A stretch of DNA of 63,344 nt, the filler included, from Octopus bimaculoides (Eukaryota): the NCBI RefSeq assembly GCF_001194135.2. It is 5 parts of 5 records of this genome, joined end to end, with 100 filler letters (N's around TTAATTAATTAA, not from the genome) between each part and the next. Parts side by side here need not be neighbours in the genome. Positions count along the whole stretch, not along the records: positions 1 to 16,184 come from NC_068981.1; positions 16,285 to 32,648 come from NC_068983.1; 3 more parts are not named here. The stretch is one strand, 5' to 3'. The position numbers and the translations under genes are program-made. The notes under the pieces are model-generated. The model ran no database searches. It was given only the letters and a program-made list of their open reading frames with translations, and had not been told where the DNA came from. Shown here one piece after another: positions 11,333-24,151 of the stretch. Within the stretch, counting starts at the first letter, position 1, and each line of letters begins with the position of its first letter.

Positions 11333-11459
11333 CAAATCCACTCAAGAAGGTTTTGGTCGGCTCGACTTTCGTAGAAGTCATTTGCCCAAGGTGCCACACA
11401 GTGGGACTGAACGTAGAACCAAGTAGTTGAGTAGCAAGCTTCTTATCACACAGCTACAT
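11333..11459 (-). mobile_element. SINE family A head
   Basis: CTACCAAATCCACTC...TTTGCCCAAGGTGCCACACAGTGGGACTGAAC...CACACAGC matches the other family A heads. Confidence 0.75.
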
Positions 11460-13443
11460 AAGTATTTTTCATCAATAATGTGATGAAAAATACTCTTTTA
11501 TCAAGCTTAACCAATCTTACATGTGATTATTGTTGTCTTCATTCACCAAAGATGCTAAACATTCACTATAAAAGACACGATTCAAATATTTACAGTTTCT
11601 CCTTCAGTATAGTTAACGCATTTATCATATAACATAATAATGCATGCATTACCCCTCCTACGTATACTGTTGTTCAAATATCTGTATTAATTTGTATCAA
11701 ATTGCTATTATCTGGAACGTGTTACCGTAAGTCAATAATGACTCCCTATGTATTCATGTGATTGCATGTATTTATTTATATCCATACTAATATCTATTAA
11801 TTTCTATTTGCTTTCGCGATATACTCCTCTGCCTATTTATGCTACATGTATTCAAATATTAACCACTGTGTGAGATGACCAATTGTTCGATTCTCTTGTA
11901 AGTTGACCCTATTTCGTATATTATTTAATTTGACGGAACGTTATTGATTACAGAATATGTGCTTTATATTCTAATTTTTAACGTTTGTAATGAAGGAAAC
12001 CATACAGTAACAGAATATACATTCTGCACAATATAGGTACTTATCTGCGTGTATCTTCTGAATTTGGTTTTCTTTTCCTTTAATGCTTTAAATCGATTGT
12101 TTATTTCTACATTGTTTCCACCTTACAAATAATTAATGGAGAATGAAGTGGTTCAAGCCAACAATACATTTAGCTTTGCTTTGTGTCAGTGCAATGCTTC
12201 TAATGATTGACAATTTCGTATTTTACGGAGATGACTTTTCATGTTGTTATTGCACTTAACACTCAATATCTTTCCCTTTTCATTGTTTCGTCGCAAACTA
12301 TCGATATTTTTTGTTCTTAATTTCATGACATTAAGACGAAATTGTTTAAATAAAATTTATCTTTTTTTATTTTCTTAGGTAGTTAATCAGCTTTTATTTT
12401 CAGACATTCTGAAAATACTTCTTAATAGTATGTCTACTTTGTACATTTGACTGAAAGTCTCATGCGATAAATATTAAAGGATTTTAAAAATTTTATATTT
12501 TCCTCAAATTGCGATTGCTTTATTTTTGGGTAATTTTTACATTGATTAGGAGATTTAGAGTAGCTTAACGACGGTTTGAGAAATGTCGATATGAATAATT
12601 ACAACCAACCAAGTGATTTTATCGTTTATTTTTTTCAAGTACAAATTGCGAGTAACGTTTGCTTTCCGATATGCGCAGTCAAAAGAAATATTAATGTGTA
12701 TTTTTTTTGTTAATTATACGAGCATTTCTTTAGACATATATTAATTCTGAACCGGCACACCAATCTTCAATACTTGATTTTTACGTAAACGAACTTGTGA
12801 TTAGAAAGAGATTTATCTACTACTTTCTGCTGGCAATCAAACACATGTTAGTTGGAAATCTGAAATAGTTTCTCGTTCTCTAATTATCTGCATATTTCTT
12901 TCATGTGTCTCTTAATTTTCTTAATTTTTCCTTGTAATTTCCAATTCTTTCATAGTGAAATACAAAGGAATCTTTTTTCTTTTCGTTTTCTCATTTTCTA
13001 ATAATCAAATTTCATTTCTGTAATTTGACGTATAATTCTACATAATAAGCATTATTTATCATCGTTCGTATACAAGTAACCTAAAAATTGAGACTTAATT
13101 GCACTCTGCATTTAACTGTATTTTAAAAAGTTATTAAAATGTGTCGCTATAAAAGCGATAATTCTGTCTTTTTTGATTTTTTAATATTGGCATTTCTGCT
13201 ATCATCTTAATGATAGCAGAAACAGTTAATGTTTTCGTCTCATTTCGTCATGCTGTCTGATTTTGTATAGATATGTGAAGGGGATGTCATTTGCATTCCG
13301 AATGTACAGATCTCTCGTGACCAAATGTATATCGTATTACAGAACTTTTAAACAGAAATATATAATAAAGACAGACAGTAATCGAATATGTTATATTTCA
13401 TTGTTGTCGGTCATATGTACTATGGATGTGATATACGAACGTA

Positions 13444-14268
13444 TAAGGTGCGTTCAAAATGCATCCGTCTTTATTTTCTTGCCAAAAGTAATGCTGCATG
13501 GGTAAAATTTTTTCTGTTGAAGGTGACTCCACTTTTACTGCGCATATGTGAACATATTTCTGCTGCATCACTCCACGTTTGGCACGACTAGAAAACATAT
13601 GTCTAGAGCGAGCTCTTTGGATTTCCGTTTTCTTGCAAGATGACCGGACGCATCGAGCAGAGACCATAAATTTATATTTCATTACCAGTGATAATGGCTT
13701 TCATGAAGACTGTATCATGTTTCCATACTTCAGCATGTCCTGAACGTTGTACATATGGAAGTGCTCCTGCTGCTCTACCAGCACCTTGGGTCGAATTTCA
13801 CCGAGACTCTACATGCACAAACCCTCAGTTAAAATGGAATGCACTGATCCTGTACTTATTTCCACTTCGTAAGCAATGTCCTTCATTATTACACTACGGT
13901 CTTCCATGACTATTCACCAAACCTTTTAAATGGGCTCCTCATTTCGGCTTGTGGATGGCTTGCTTGAGCATACCTCGCTCCCCACAGAGGTGCAGCTATG
14001 CTGGAAGCTGTTGTACTACTCCTTGACCTGGGTTTTGACTATGGTGTCATGGTCAAAGGCTGCGTTTGGTGAAAACCAAAATCCGAGAAGCGTGCGCTAC
14101 ACGTCTAAACTCTAGTTGTAACAGCCGGGAGCTGATTAGGCTTACGGGTACAACCATGTTCATGCATGCGCGGAAAGTGTGTCTTATCTCTGACCCTAAA
14201 GATTTTGTCCGCGTGGAATTAGTTTTAGAGCGAAAAAATAAAGTCGAATACTTTTTGAACAGTCCTCG
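13444..14268. mobile_element. Decayed mariner element composed of two convergent 5' halves
   Basis: Left TIR is TA-TAAGGTGCGTTCAAAATGCATCCGTCTTTATTTT; the right end reverse-complements to CGAGGACTGTTCAAAAAGTATTCGACTTTATTTT. On + the ATG at 13640 gives MTGRIEQR. On - (about 14070 to 13677) it reads AFDHDTIVKTQVKE*YNSF...KPSTSRNEEPI...EVEISTGSVHSILTEGL...FMKAIITGNE. Confidence 0.8.
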
Positions 14269-14699
14269 CATATATTTTGATGTAGGTGCTTCAATGATTC
14301 CTACATATATATGACAAATATCACACACACACGCGCGCACTCAATGATACTCAAATGCGCATATATTATGTGTGTTTGTGTGTATGTTTGAAGTCTGAAA
14401 TTACTGTTTGTTTCAAAGTTGAAAAAAATTACTTCAAATACATCTCTAATGATCATAAGAATAGTGAAATATGGGTCACATGTGTTATATATATATATAT
14501 ATAAACTGCGTTCATTGCGAAATATTTCGCATTCCATTAGTTTCGACAACACGTATCGACCTACTGAAACGTACTTGACAAAATTTTTCATTATATTTTT
14601 TATATTTTGTGGATAAATATTTGGATCACTCTAGTTTTGAGATTAGTTAATTTAGCAAGAGTTGACATTGACGCAGCGGTGGTGGAGTAGGGAGAAGAA

Positions 14700-15130
14700 A
14701 GACATAGTAGTAGTGATAATGGTGCCATTTGAGTATGTTAGTGTTGACGTCGGAGCAGAATCGGTTGGAAACAAGAAAGGAGTGGTTGGTCACTGGTGGT
14801 AGTGGTGGTGAAGGAGGGAGATATAAGACGTGGTAGTTGGTCCGTCGCAAAGATAGTAGTGGTAACGGTGCTATTTGAGTTTGGTTGTGGTGACGTTAGG
14901 GCTAGGCTAGTGGGAGAAGGAGGAGGGAGTTCGTTGGTCACTGGTAGTATTGGTGGAAGTAATAGTAGATGATAGTAGTAGTGATTTTGATGGCGTTGCT
15001 GATGAATACATTGAGGTTAGAGTCTGAGGGTTTCCGTTTCTGTAGTCCTGAGTGTGACTGCCGCTGTTGCGATAGAAATTGTAATTGCGATAGAAATTGT
15101 AATTGTTGTTGTTGTGGTCACTGGTGTTAT
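14700..15130. repeat. Diverged tandem repeat, period about 146-180 bp, GT-rich on +
   Basis: GGTGC(C/T)ATTTGAGT occurs at 14721 and 14867, GGTCACTGGT at about 14788, 14936 and 15116, and an 18-bp unit GCGATAGAAATTGTAATT is doubled at 15069-15104. Confidence 0.6.
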
Positions 15131-15505
15131 GGTTTTTGGTGCTGCTGTTTGTCTTGGGCTGTGGTAGGTGGAAAGATTTTAGTTAGTTTATCCACGTGGT
15201 TGATTATTGTACGATATGAAACCGAAATTTGTTTCAGTTTATTTTGAATTTGTCTCCCTTGACTATTACAAAAAAAGATTAACAACTTGCTCGGCAATCA
15301 AATCAAGACATCAGCCTTGGATATTTTTCTTTTGAGAACAAAATGTACCAGGCGTTGATGAGAATGACGATTTCGTTATCATACCATTTGCGATTGTTGG
15401 AGATTTGCTGAGTCGGAATTGTGATTTTTAAGTTGGCTTTTTGTATCAATCCAATAATAATAATATTAATAATAATAATAATAATAACTAAAGAAACGAT
15501 GGCAA

Positions 15506-16076
15506 TACTGTAATATTTCGATATATGACTTAATTTGTTCCCGGAGACGCTCGAAAAACGAGAACTCGTAAACCAGAGCAATAAATCCCCATAGTATCAA
15601 TGGCAATGCGTTCGCAGAAAAAAAAATACCTATAAAATTTATAATACTCGTAGTTAAATAGCATTAAACAACAGTAGAACGTAATGAATATTTTATGTAA
15701 AGTAAAAACAATTTCAAGATCAGTTATAATTGAAATATTATTATCATGATCGCTTTCTGAATCGCTTTCACTCGCACTAAACCCACGAACACCACACCTG
15801 TAGATGCGATTGCCGATTCACAAGGTCTCGTTGAAAGACTCGTAAATTTCTTTTGAAAAAACAATTCCAGAGGTGTTCGCTTAAAAGAAGCATTTTTATT
15901 CGCTTTCTTTAAATGTCGTGGTAACACGCAGAGGTATTTTTGATAATAGAAGAAACTTTTGCAATTCGTTCAAAATATGGGTCTTGTACTATAACATTTT
16001 TATATTTATTATAAAATAAAACTGGTAAACTCGGGACCTCGTAATGCGGATCCTCGTAAAGTGAAATATAACTCTA
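15506..16076. mobile_element. Internally deleted pogo/Tigger-like DNA transposon
   Basis: TA-bounded diverged TIRs (TACTGTAATATTTCGATATATGA versus reverse complement TAGAGTTATATTTCACTTTACGA), CTCGTA subterminal repeats, and an internal FKRTPLELFFQK resembling pogo C-termini. Confidence 0.5.
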
Positions 16077-16150
16077 TATGTAAATGTGTGTGTGTGTGTG
16101 TATATATATATAAACATATACTTTTATGTATATATGCATATACATATATA

Positions 16151-16184
<34 letters not shown>

Positions 16185-16228
16185 NNNNNNNNNNNNNNNN
16201 NNNNNNNNNNNNNNNNNNNNNNNNNNNN

Positions 16229-16240
16229 TTAATTAATTAA
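16229..16240. other. Artificial scaffold linker TTAATTAATTAA (also at 32693-32704, 39512-39523, 62209-62220)
   Basis: The same palindromic 12-mer, with stops in all six frames, is centred in N runs (44 N on each side at the first site) four times. Confidence 0.9.
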
Positions 16241-17932
16241 NNNNNNNNNNNNNNNNNNNNNNNNNNNNNNNNNNNNNNNNNNNNTCCCTCTTTCGGCTTT
16301 TCACTTTCTGATTCTCTTCCCTCTCTCTCGGTCTCTCCGGCTCTTCTATGTCTGAAAATGTCAAACTTAATGATAAGCTTGAAAAAAATAAGAGATAAAA
16401 ACAAAGAAACAAAGCACGTTATTATTGAAAAACAAATATTATTAACATTTAAATCGTTTTTTTTTTTTTTTACCATAGATAAGATTTCACTTTCCCAACG
16501 TCTCTCTTTTTCTCTCTCTTTCTGTAAACACGTTAAATATAAAGGTACACTTGACAAACATTTTTATTGTTAAAAAGGATTTCAACATTTTTCTCGTTCG
16601 ATTTGGATGATGCTTTCATAGTTTTATTAGCAGTTTTTACCATTCGTTAATTCTTGATGAACAAGTTAGGCCAATTGCTACATATAAAAAATAGTATGGC
16701 CATTCTCTTTGGCGTTTTACAGTGTATCAATGGAATGTACTATAAGGCTCCCCAAATTTTCCAGTCTCGGACAGTTTATATATCTTGTAAAAGGCATCAT
16801 AGATACAAGTTTTGTGTCGAAGGAATTTCGGCATAAAATTTCAAATACTCAAACAACGTATAATAAAAAGAACCGCAGAAATTTTACAGTTTATATATCT
16901 TAATTCTATTTTGATGTATAAATATATAGGCCTTCTTCGTAACATCGTTTCATTATATTAACGATTTCGATTAGGTTTCCGATCTCGTTCCATAGCTAAG
17001 ATTTCTATACTGTCATCATCATCATCCGGTCGGGCGTCTTGTTCGGGCCAATAATTCATATTGGTCTTTCGATAACTGAATGTCTCATCTGCGCACACCA
17101 CGACTACAGATGATAGCAGCTATTTGTTAACTGAACAGGTTGATCTTGACCGTCGACTGTCTCTTGTTTGTTCATTCGCTCAGCGGCTAGCGATATTCGC
17201 TATTGACTCAATAAGTTAATCTGCTGAAATAGTTCACATCCACCATGCTGCATCTCATGATTTCATTGTAACCCAGGCTCGAGCGGTCACCGGGTGCTAG
17301 GATTTGCCAAGAGGCCACCCGTGATTTATTCTTGTAGCGTGGTTATGAACGAAAGCTTGTAAGTATACACATAATTCATTGCTACATCAACAGCGAAGGT
17401 ATTCATGCGATACAAGAAGAGTACATCTTTTATGAAATGGCATATATTACAGGTGCAGGAGATCTTCATCAGAAATTTCCATTTAGGCTGATTTCTTGTT
17501 GCCGTGTTGTCGCGGTATGTTTCTTCATCTATCGTGCCGGGATGAATATGTAGCTGTGAAAAAACAGCTATGTCACGAGAACGACATCTACCGAGGAACG
17601 GGTCACTCTGTCCTTTTCACGCTAAAACAAGCTGTTTTTCTAGGCGCTGTTCACAAAACATGTTGCCAGACTATCACGTGAACAAAAAGCGCTGACTGGA
17701 CTGAAATGGGGCTTGCACACATGATCAACTCGCGATTTCCATGAGGCCAAATGTGGGGTCGAATTCAATTGTTATGTTCCCATAGTCACGACTGACGTCT
17801 ATTTGCTAATTAAGCCATATCTGGGATCCTGTACTTTAGAATATACTTATAGATTTTTAGTTAATGCTGCATGTTACGACTAATGAACTATAGAACATAT
17901 CTATGTTACACTATATGTTACAACGAATGTAA

Positions 17933-18369
17933 AGGCGCAGGCGTGGCTGAGTGGTTAAGAAGTTTGCCTTCCAGCCATGTGATGTTAGGTTCTTGGGCAA
18001 GTGTCTTCAACTGTAAACCCGGGCCAACCAAAGCTTTGTGAGTAGATTTAGTTGACGGAAACTGTAAGAACAGTGCCAACAGCCGACAACTGATGAAGGG
18101 TCGTTCTTTATGTTACTTGTCTTGTTTTCTATTTTTTTCTCTCGTTTTTCGCAGACCCAAGTTTGCCGTCGTATTTCATGTTATTTTCGTATTTCGTAAT
18201 TCATGTTGTTTTCGTATTTCATGTTGTTTACGTTTTGTGACGTCCTGTACCCATATATGCATATATATATATATATTCATATATTGGTATGTACATATAT
18301 GTATGTGTGATGCATGTATATATTTTGTTTATATTATTATATGATTGAATGCCACGCATCCATTTCCAA

Positions 18370-18424
<55 letters not shown>

Positions 18425-18690
18425 CACACACACACATACATATTTATACACACACACACACATTTATACACACGCACACACATATATAGTTGTGTCTTTT
18501 TAGGGTTTTATCTACTACCACTGCTTGACAGCGAGTGTCGGTTTGTTTACGTCCTTTTAACTTAGTGGTTCGGCAGAAGAACCCGATAGAAGAAAACTTA
18601 CAAATAAGTACTGGGATGGATTTATTCGACCGAACCCTTCAAGGTGGTGCACCAGCATGATCGTAGTCCAACCACTGAAACATGTAAGAT
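17933..18690 (+). mobile_element. SINE family A, interrupted by a PLE-like fragment and microsatellites
   Basis: Head AGGCGCAGGCGTGGCTGAGTGGTTAAG at 17933-18070, tail ...GGTGCACCAGCATGATCGTAGTC...CTGAAACATGTAAG at 18490-18690, with unrelated sequence between. Confidence 0.7.
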
Positions 18691-19089
18691 AAGACAAAAT
18701 ACGACCGCAGCCACTTGGCTGAAACACATAAATAAAAAAAAAAATTAAAAAAAAATAAATATAGACGTAGCGTAAAGTGTTGGCTAAAGATCCATAGGCG
18801 TGCTCTGTGATATATCATAACAATGAAACGAAACACTTATAATCTTTTTCGTTGCTGCCATATTTCTGTTGACATACACTGCTTTTGTATAAATTAACTT
18901 GGAAAATAATGAATAATTTATCGAAATAACAGTAATTAAGTTGATGTTTGGAATATAAATTAGCATGAAATTTCGATGAAATTTAATTTAGATCACTTTA
19001 AAACAGCAAGTTTGTATCATAGGACCAAGGGCGATTTGAAGCAGGCTGGTATTAGATCGTTAATACTCGGACACATATAAAAAAAAGAA

Positions 19090-19306
19090 TATTCTTTTCT
19101 AGTCTATGCACAAGGCCCGAAATTTTTGGAGAGGGGGCCAGTCGATTAGATCGACCCCAATACTCAACTGGTACTTAATTTATCGACCCGAAAGGATGAA
19201 AGGAAAAGTCGACCTCCGCGGAATTTGAACTCAGAACATAAAGATGGACAAAATATTGCTAAGCATTTCGCCCGGCGTGCTAACGTTTCTGCTAGTTTGC
19301 CGCCTT
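19090..19306 (-). mobile_element. tRNA-headed SINE, family B
   Basis: The reverse complement reads GGCGGCAAACTAGCAGAAACGTTAGCACGCCGGGCGAAATGCTTAGC...GAGTTCAAATTCCGC...TTCATCCTTTCGGGTCGATAAATTAAGTACCAG. Confidence 0.85.
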
Positions 19307-19409
19307 ATAATACGGAATAATACAGAGATATGTGTATGTATGTGTGAAGCTTATTGTTTACACTGAATATTTTTGTGCAATGCATATTCTATTAAAATTG
19401 CTTCTAACG

Positions 19410-19610
19410 TAGGAACTTAGCTTGAAATTTTTGGGAAGGGTTATCCATTATTCGACTCTTGTAATTGAATACTACTTAATTTTATCGAACACCGGGACGA
19501 CGAAAAGTAAAGACGAACTAGGCGAGATCTGAATTCAAAACGTAAAGACAGACGAAATGCCACTAAAGCTTTTGTCCGGTATATTAACGGTTCTGCTGGT
19601 TCACTGCCTT
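19410..19610 (-). mobile_element. SINE family B, old diverged copy
   Basis: Collinear but degraded match to 19090-19306. Confidence 0.6.
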
Positions 19611-20460
19611 ATTCTTACTTATGATAATAATCTATTGAATATAACGAAGACGGCTCATTGAGAGAGACGTTAGAATGTTGGCCGGAATATTTCGTGTTAT
19701 TTCTTCCGATTTTCCGCGCTCTGAGATCAGATCCAGTTGAGATTAACTTTGCCTTTTACCCATTTGGGGAAGATAAAGAAAAAAACTACCAATCAGGGGC
19801 AGTTATAGGAACTGTTAGAGGATCGAGCAAGATACTTTGTATTACCTGTGTAGAGACTAGTGTCAAGCTGTTGGACCCTGTGTCGGCGGCCTTTCCTTGA
19901 ATAACATTGGTAGTATAAAAACGGAGAGACTTGTATGCATGGGCAACTGCCAAGTTTCAGAAAAATCTTGCTCAGGCCTGCTTATATATGTGTAAATGAA
20001 CGGTCAAACATTCATTTACACAGTGAATGAAAGATCACATTTATTTGATGTTCAAATAATTTTTGTTAATTTTAACTTAAATTTGTTATTGTTCGGCAGA
20101 ACTTCGAATAGACTTTGTGTTAATTACGTATCTTTACGATCAGAATTCACCTTCTTGGTCGATTTTGACTTTCATTCATTAAAAAAAGGACCATATTTAC
20201 TCAGTCGGAGAAAGCAACTTCCGGGAGCTGAGAGTGGCCAGATCTTTTCTAGGTGTTTGTTTTTACGACGTTTAGGTGCGTCCTTTTTTGTTTTGTTTTT
20301 AAATATATTTTCAGATAAATGGTTTATATATATATATCATTTAATTTAAATTTGTTGCATTTTGTATTTCGTATTTTGTCTCACGTCAATTTGTTGCATA
20401 CGTACACCTCAACATATTGCTTGCAATCTATTATTTGATGGGTTCTTGTGCCCAATAGTG

Positions 20461-20461
20461 A

Positions 20462-20529
<68 letters not shown>

Positions 20530-20560
20530 TAATAATGATAGTAATAATAATAATAATAAT
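20461..20560. repeat. (AAT)n microsatellite
   Basis: Read directly from the sequence. Confidence 0.95.
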
Positions 20561-20579
20561 TTTACAAAAAGCTATTGCA

Positions 20580-22028
20580 TGCTAATATAGTTAGCAGATA
20601 CGTTATCCTGAGGTTTGGTGATACAAGTCTTCTCAAATCTGAAGAATCTTTCTTAGGATTCTTGCAGAATATAGGATGGAAACATTTTTTACGTATCTCA
20701 AATCTTAATTCAAATGTCCTTCAACTTTTTAGATAGCCATGTGAAAGTTGTGCCGTGTGCACTAGTTACCACAGAATTAATGTTCACCTTCTTATTCGAC
20801 AATCTTTCCATCAATTTTGCTAGGCCCTGACATTTCTTTATTTTCCCAATTTTCTTGATATCCTCTCTACTATCATACAAGACTGAAAATTCAATGATCA
20901 TGCTGTGTTCTTTCTGTCTCCACGATTACATCTGGTCTCCCTGACATTTCTTTATTTTCCCAATTTTCTTGATATCCACTCTACTATCATACAAGACTGA
21001 AAATTCAATGATCATGCTGTGTTCTTTCTGTCTCCACGATTACATCTGGTCTCTTTGCCAGATGTAATCGTGGAGACAGAATATTATCAGCTTTCTCTGA
21101 GGAAAAATCCCATAAAATCCTCTAATTACCATTTACCAATCCAGCTTCTGGTTCATGCCCATACCACTCCCCATCGCTTCAAATCATGATCTTAGTTAAC
21201 ATCACAATGTATTCTTTTACTTTGATTTATACTCTTTTTGTGCTTGCTAACTGCACTTACTTAGAAGTCTTAGCTGTCCGATTGAGTTTTATCAAGCTTT
21301 GTGCTTATCAAATTCATTCTAATAGCTTGTCCTTGAGCAGCTGTAATTAGCCATTAAGTTTCACGTTTTAGATTTCCATCTTTCAGCCACAATCAGCATT
21401 CTTCATATCCAACATTGTCGGTTTGTTGCATTGATTGACGATGTAGTTCTTTCTCTTTCTTGTCGCTTTTCTTTCTGTTCTTGAAATCTCTCACCGTTTT
21501 AATGACTCCCTTGTATTTTTAACCGCAGGTAATAGCTTTTCATCACTGTACACAACATCGTACACAACAGTTTAAGTATTAGTTACTTAAATGATATTAC
21601 CTTCATTTAATATTAACACCTGCCTAGCTCTTCTCTTGTGCCTCAGGGAGATTTCCTCATTTATTTTTCATTGCCTTATTTTTTTATTGCCTGCAGTATT
21701 CCTAATCACTTGTATCCTTCATTATCTTTCAGTGATCTAATGAAATTATCTTGTGGCATCTTTATCCCTTCAGATTTAATATTTCGATATCTCTTAAAAT
21801 TTATTATACACCGAACGGCATACCTACATCCTTGCTAAATATCCTTAGTGTTTGATTAAGAGAATCCAGGTCTTTTAAATTTATGGCGTATAATTTAAGG
21901 CTCTCTGTATATAATACAGGAATGATTTTCTTCGCGTTCTTAGCAAACTCACAAGCAGGTTTGGATTTTTTTTCAGTATGGTTTCAGGGGAATTAGCGAA
22001 AGTAATGAAGAGAGAGAAAGAGGGAGAG

Positions 22029-22065
<37 letters not shown>

Positions 22066-23802
22066 GAGAGAGAGAAAGAGAGTTTCTCTGAAATATCCCT
22101 CTCCGTATTTTCACATTTCCAAATTGTTCACTTCCGCACTTTAATTTTATTACCAATATCTCATTATTTTTTCTACAAAACAGTTAATATCATGGATCCT
22201 AGGGGATTCAGGTACTCCAAAATCCAATAGCGTGATACAGTCTCATGCGCCGTCTTCTAGTCTATCAAACCGATGCAAAAATTCTTTCTCATTCGTACTT
22301 CACTTAGCCTTATACTATTGATATATAATAGATCAGCAGTTTTACTTTGCACTTCTGGTAACAGATTTCCCTTCTCCAGAAAGCTATACAATTCATCTGT
22401 GGAATGAACGGTATGGCTTTCATTTATGATTGTTAAGATGAACAGTTAGCAGTTTCCAGAGCAAGGGTAAGTATGTAATTGGCCAATTATTACCGACTTC
22501 CATTCCTTTTTTTCTTTTATAGACTCCCTTTTTTTATCTCCCTTTATTAAAACACTTCTTTTTATCATCGATGTTGGCATTACATTTTCTTACAACTAAT
22601 AAGAAACAGTTGTATATAATAGTGTATACTTGTCAGATTTTTGGGCCAGGATCCCTGAATACCTCGGGTCTAGGAGCTTTCCTGTTTGGTATTTTTTTTG
22701 TATCAATTTAACTTCTCATTTATGAAATTTATATTCTCTTGCCTTGATCTATTTTCCATTTGACTTTTAAACTTCAGAAATCAGTCTGCTTCATTTATAT
22801 TGAGTTACTTTGCTCCAAATATTTGACCAAATCTTTGTTGTTGCTTTAGCTCTTCGTATATCATTCTGTATATCACTCTCCTAATTTTCATTATGATTGT
22901 TCAGTTACTCTCTCTTTTACTTGTTTCAGTCATTTGATTGTGGCCATGCTGGAGCACTGCCTTTAGTCGAGCAAATCGACCCCAGGACTTATTCTTTGTA
23001 AGCCTAGTACTTATTCTATCGGTCTCTTTTGCCGAACCGCTAAATTACGGGGATGTAAACACACCAGCATCGGTTGTCAAGCGATGTTGGGGGGACAAAC
23101 ACAGACACACAAACATATACACACACATACATATATATATATACATATATACGACGGGCTTCTTTCAGTTTCCGTCTACCAAATCCACTCACAAGGCTTT
23201 GGTCGGCCCGAGGCTATAGTAGAAGACACTTGCCCAAGGTGCCACGCAGTGGGAATGAACCCGGAACCATGTGGCTGGTAAGCAAGCTACTTACCACACA
23301 GCCACTCCTGGTAAAATTTTCTTTCCTTGTTTCTGAAGACCTTGTATTGCTGATGCTGATTTATTCTTTGTTGCTAACAAGTATCCTCACCTGACTTTGC
23401 CTCGGTCTTTTGTCATCTTTTCTTTAGCATCTTGTAATATTCTGTATCTGAAGTTACACTTTCTTTCGTGCGTTCATTCACCGTCGTCTTTTCAGTTACA
23501 ATACTTATCCTTCCAATATCTTTATTAAGCTGTTCAGTTTGATTCTCAAGTCTCCCTTTCCTCCATGGCCTTTACCCTTTTCTTCTACTCAACTTCTAAC
23601 TCTAAAATTTTCTACCGCGATTGAGCCTGCACAGTATATGAAGTCATTTACATTCATTATATTCTTAGTTTAGATTTTCGTTAATAGCTCATTCAGTTTC
23701 TATACTGACTTTCGTAAGTTTTCACTTTCACTTACTCTCAGAGCAGGGCAGGTAATCTCGGCGTATCCCATTTGTTGTCTAATTTAGATGATGAAGTTCT
23801 TT

Positions 23803-23835
<33 letters not shown>

Positions 23836-24070
23836 GTCGTCGTCGTCGTCGTCGTTTTACTTCTCAGAGCTCTCGCTCTTAATTGCTCCAGTTAATTCTG
23901 TGAGAGTGAGCAGTAATCTGTTGTCAAAGACCTCGCAGGGTCTCTTTCTGCGATACTTAATACCCAAGTACCAATTTTAAAATCCTCGCTGTCTCCAATA
24001 AAACAGTTTTTGAGCATGTTCTGTCCTCATATCAGTTCTGATTCCTCCGACACATTTCTCAAACTTGGTT
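20580..24070 (-). mobile_element. Long, heavily decayed R4/Dong-like non-LTR retrotransposon (RT plus REL), interrupted by a SINE and microsatellites
   Basis: Minus-strand motifs occur in the expected order: NVNDFIYCAG, KIPNRKAP, NWPITYLPLLWKLL, IRRGIFQRNSLSL, VLYTESLKLYA..LDSLNQTLRIFSKDVGMPFG (degenerate YMDD box), RILWDF, RPDVIVE and SARILRKIL. Confidence 0.75.
22908..23310 (-). mobile_element. SINE family A, full length
   Basis: tRNA-like A/B boxes (TGGCTGTGTGGT; GGGTTCATTCCC), GGCACCTTGGGCAAGTGTCTT, an internal (TA/GT)n tract, and the tail GCTCCAGCATGGCCACAATCAAATGACTGAAACAAGTAAAAGAG. Confidence 0.9.
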
Positions 24071-24081
24071 GTTAGTGCTCC

Positions 24082-24151
<70 letters not shown>

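Noticed and set aside
16229-16240. Recurrent palindrome TTAATTAATTAA (four sites)
   Set aside because: It is always centred in N runs and has stops in all six frames, so it is a scaffolding linker rather than biology.
23074-23394. Recurring peptide QIHSQGFGRPEAIVEDTCPRCHAVG (also at about 31.3 and 53.8 kb)
   Set aside because: It is an antisense translation of the SINE A head, not a gene family.
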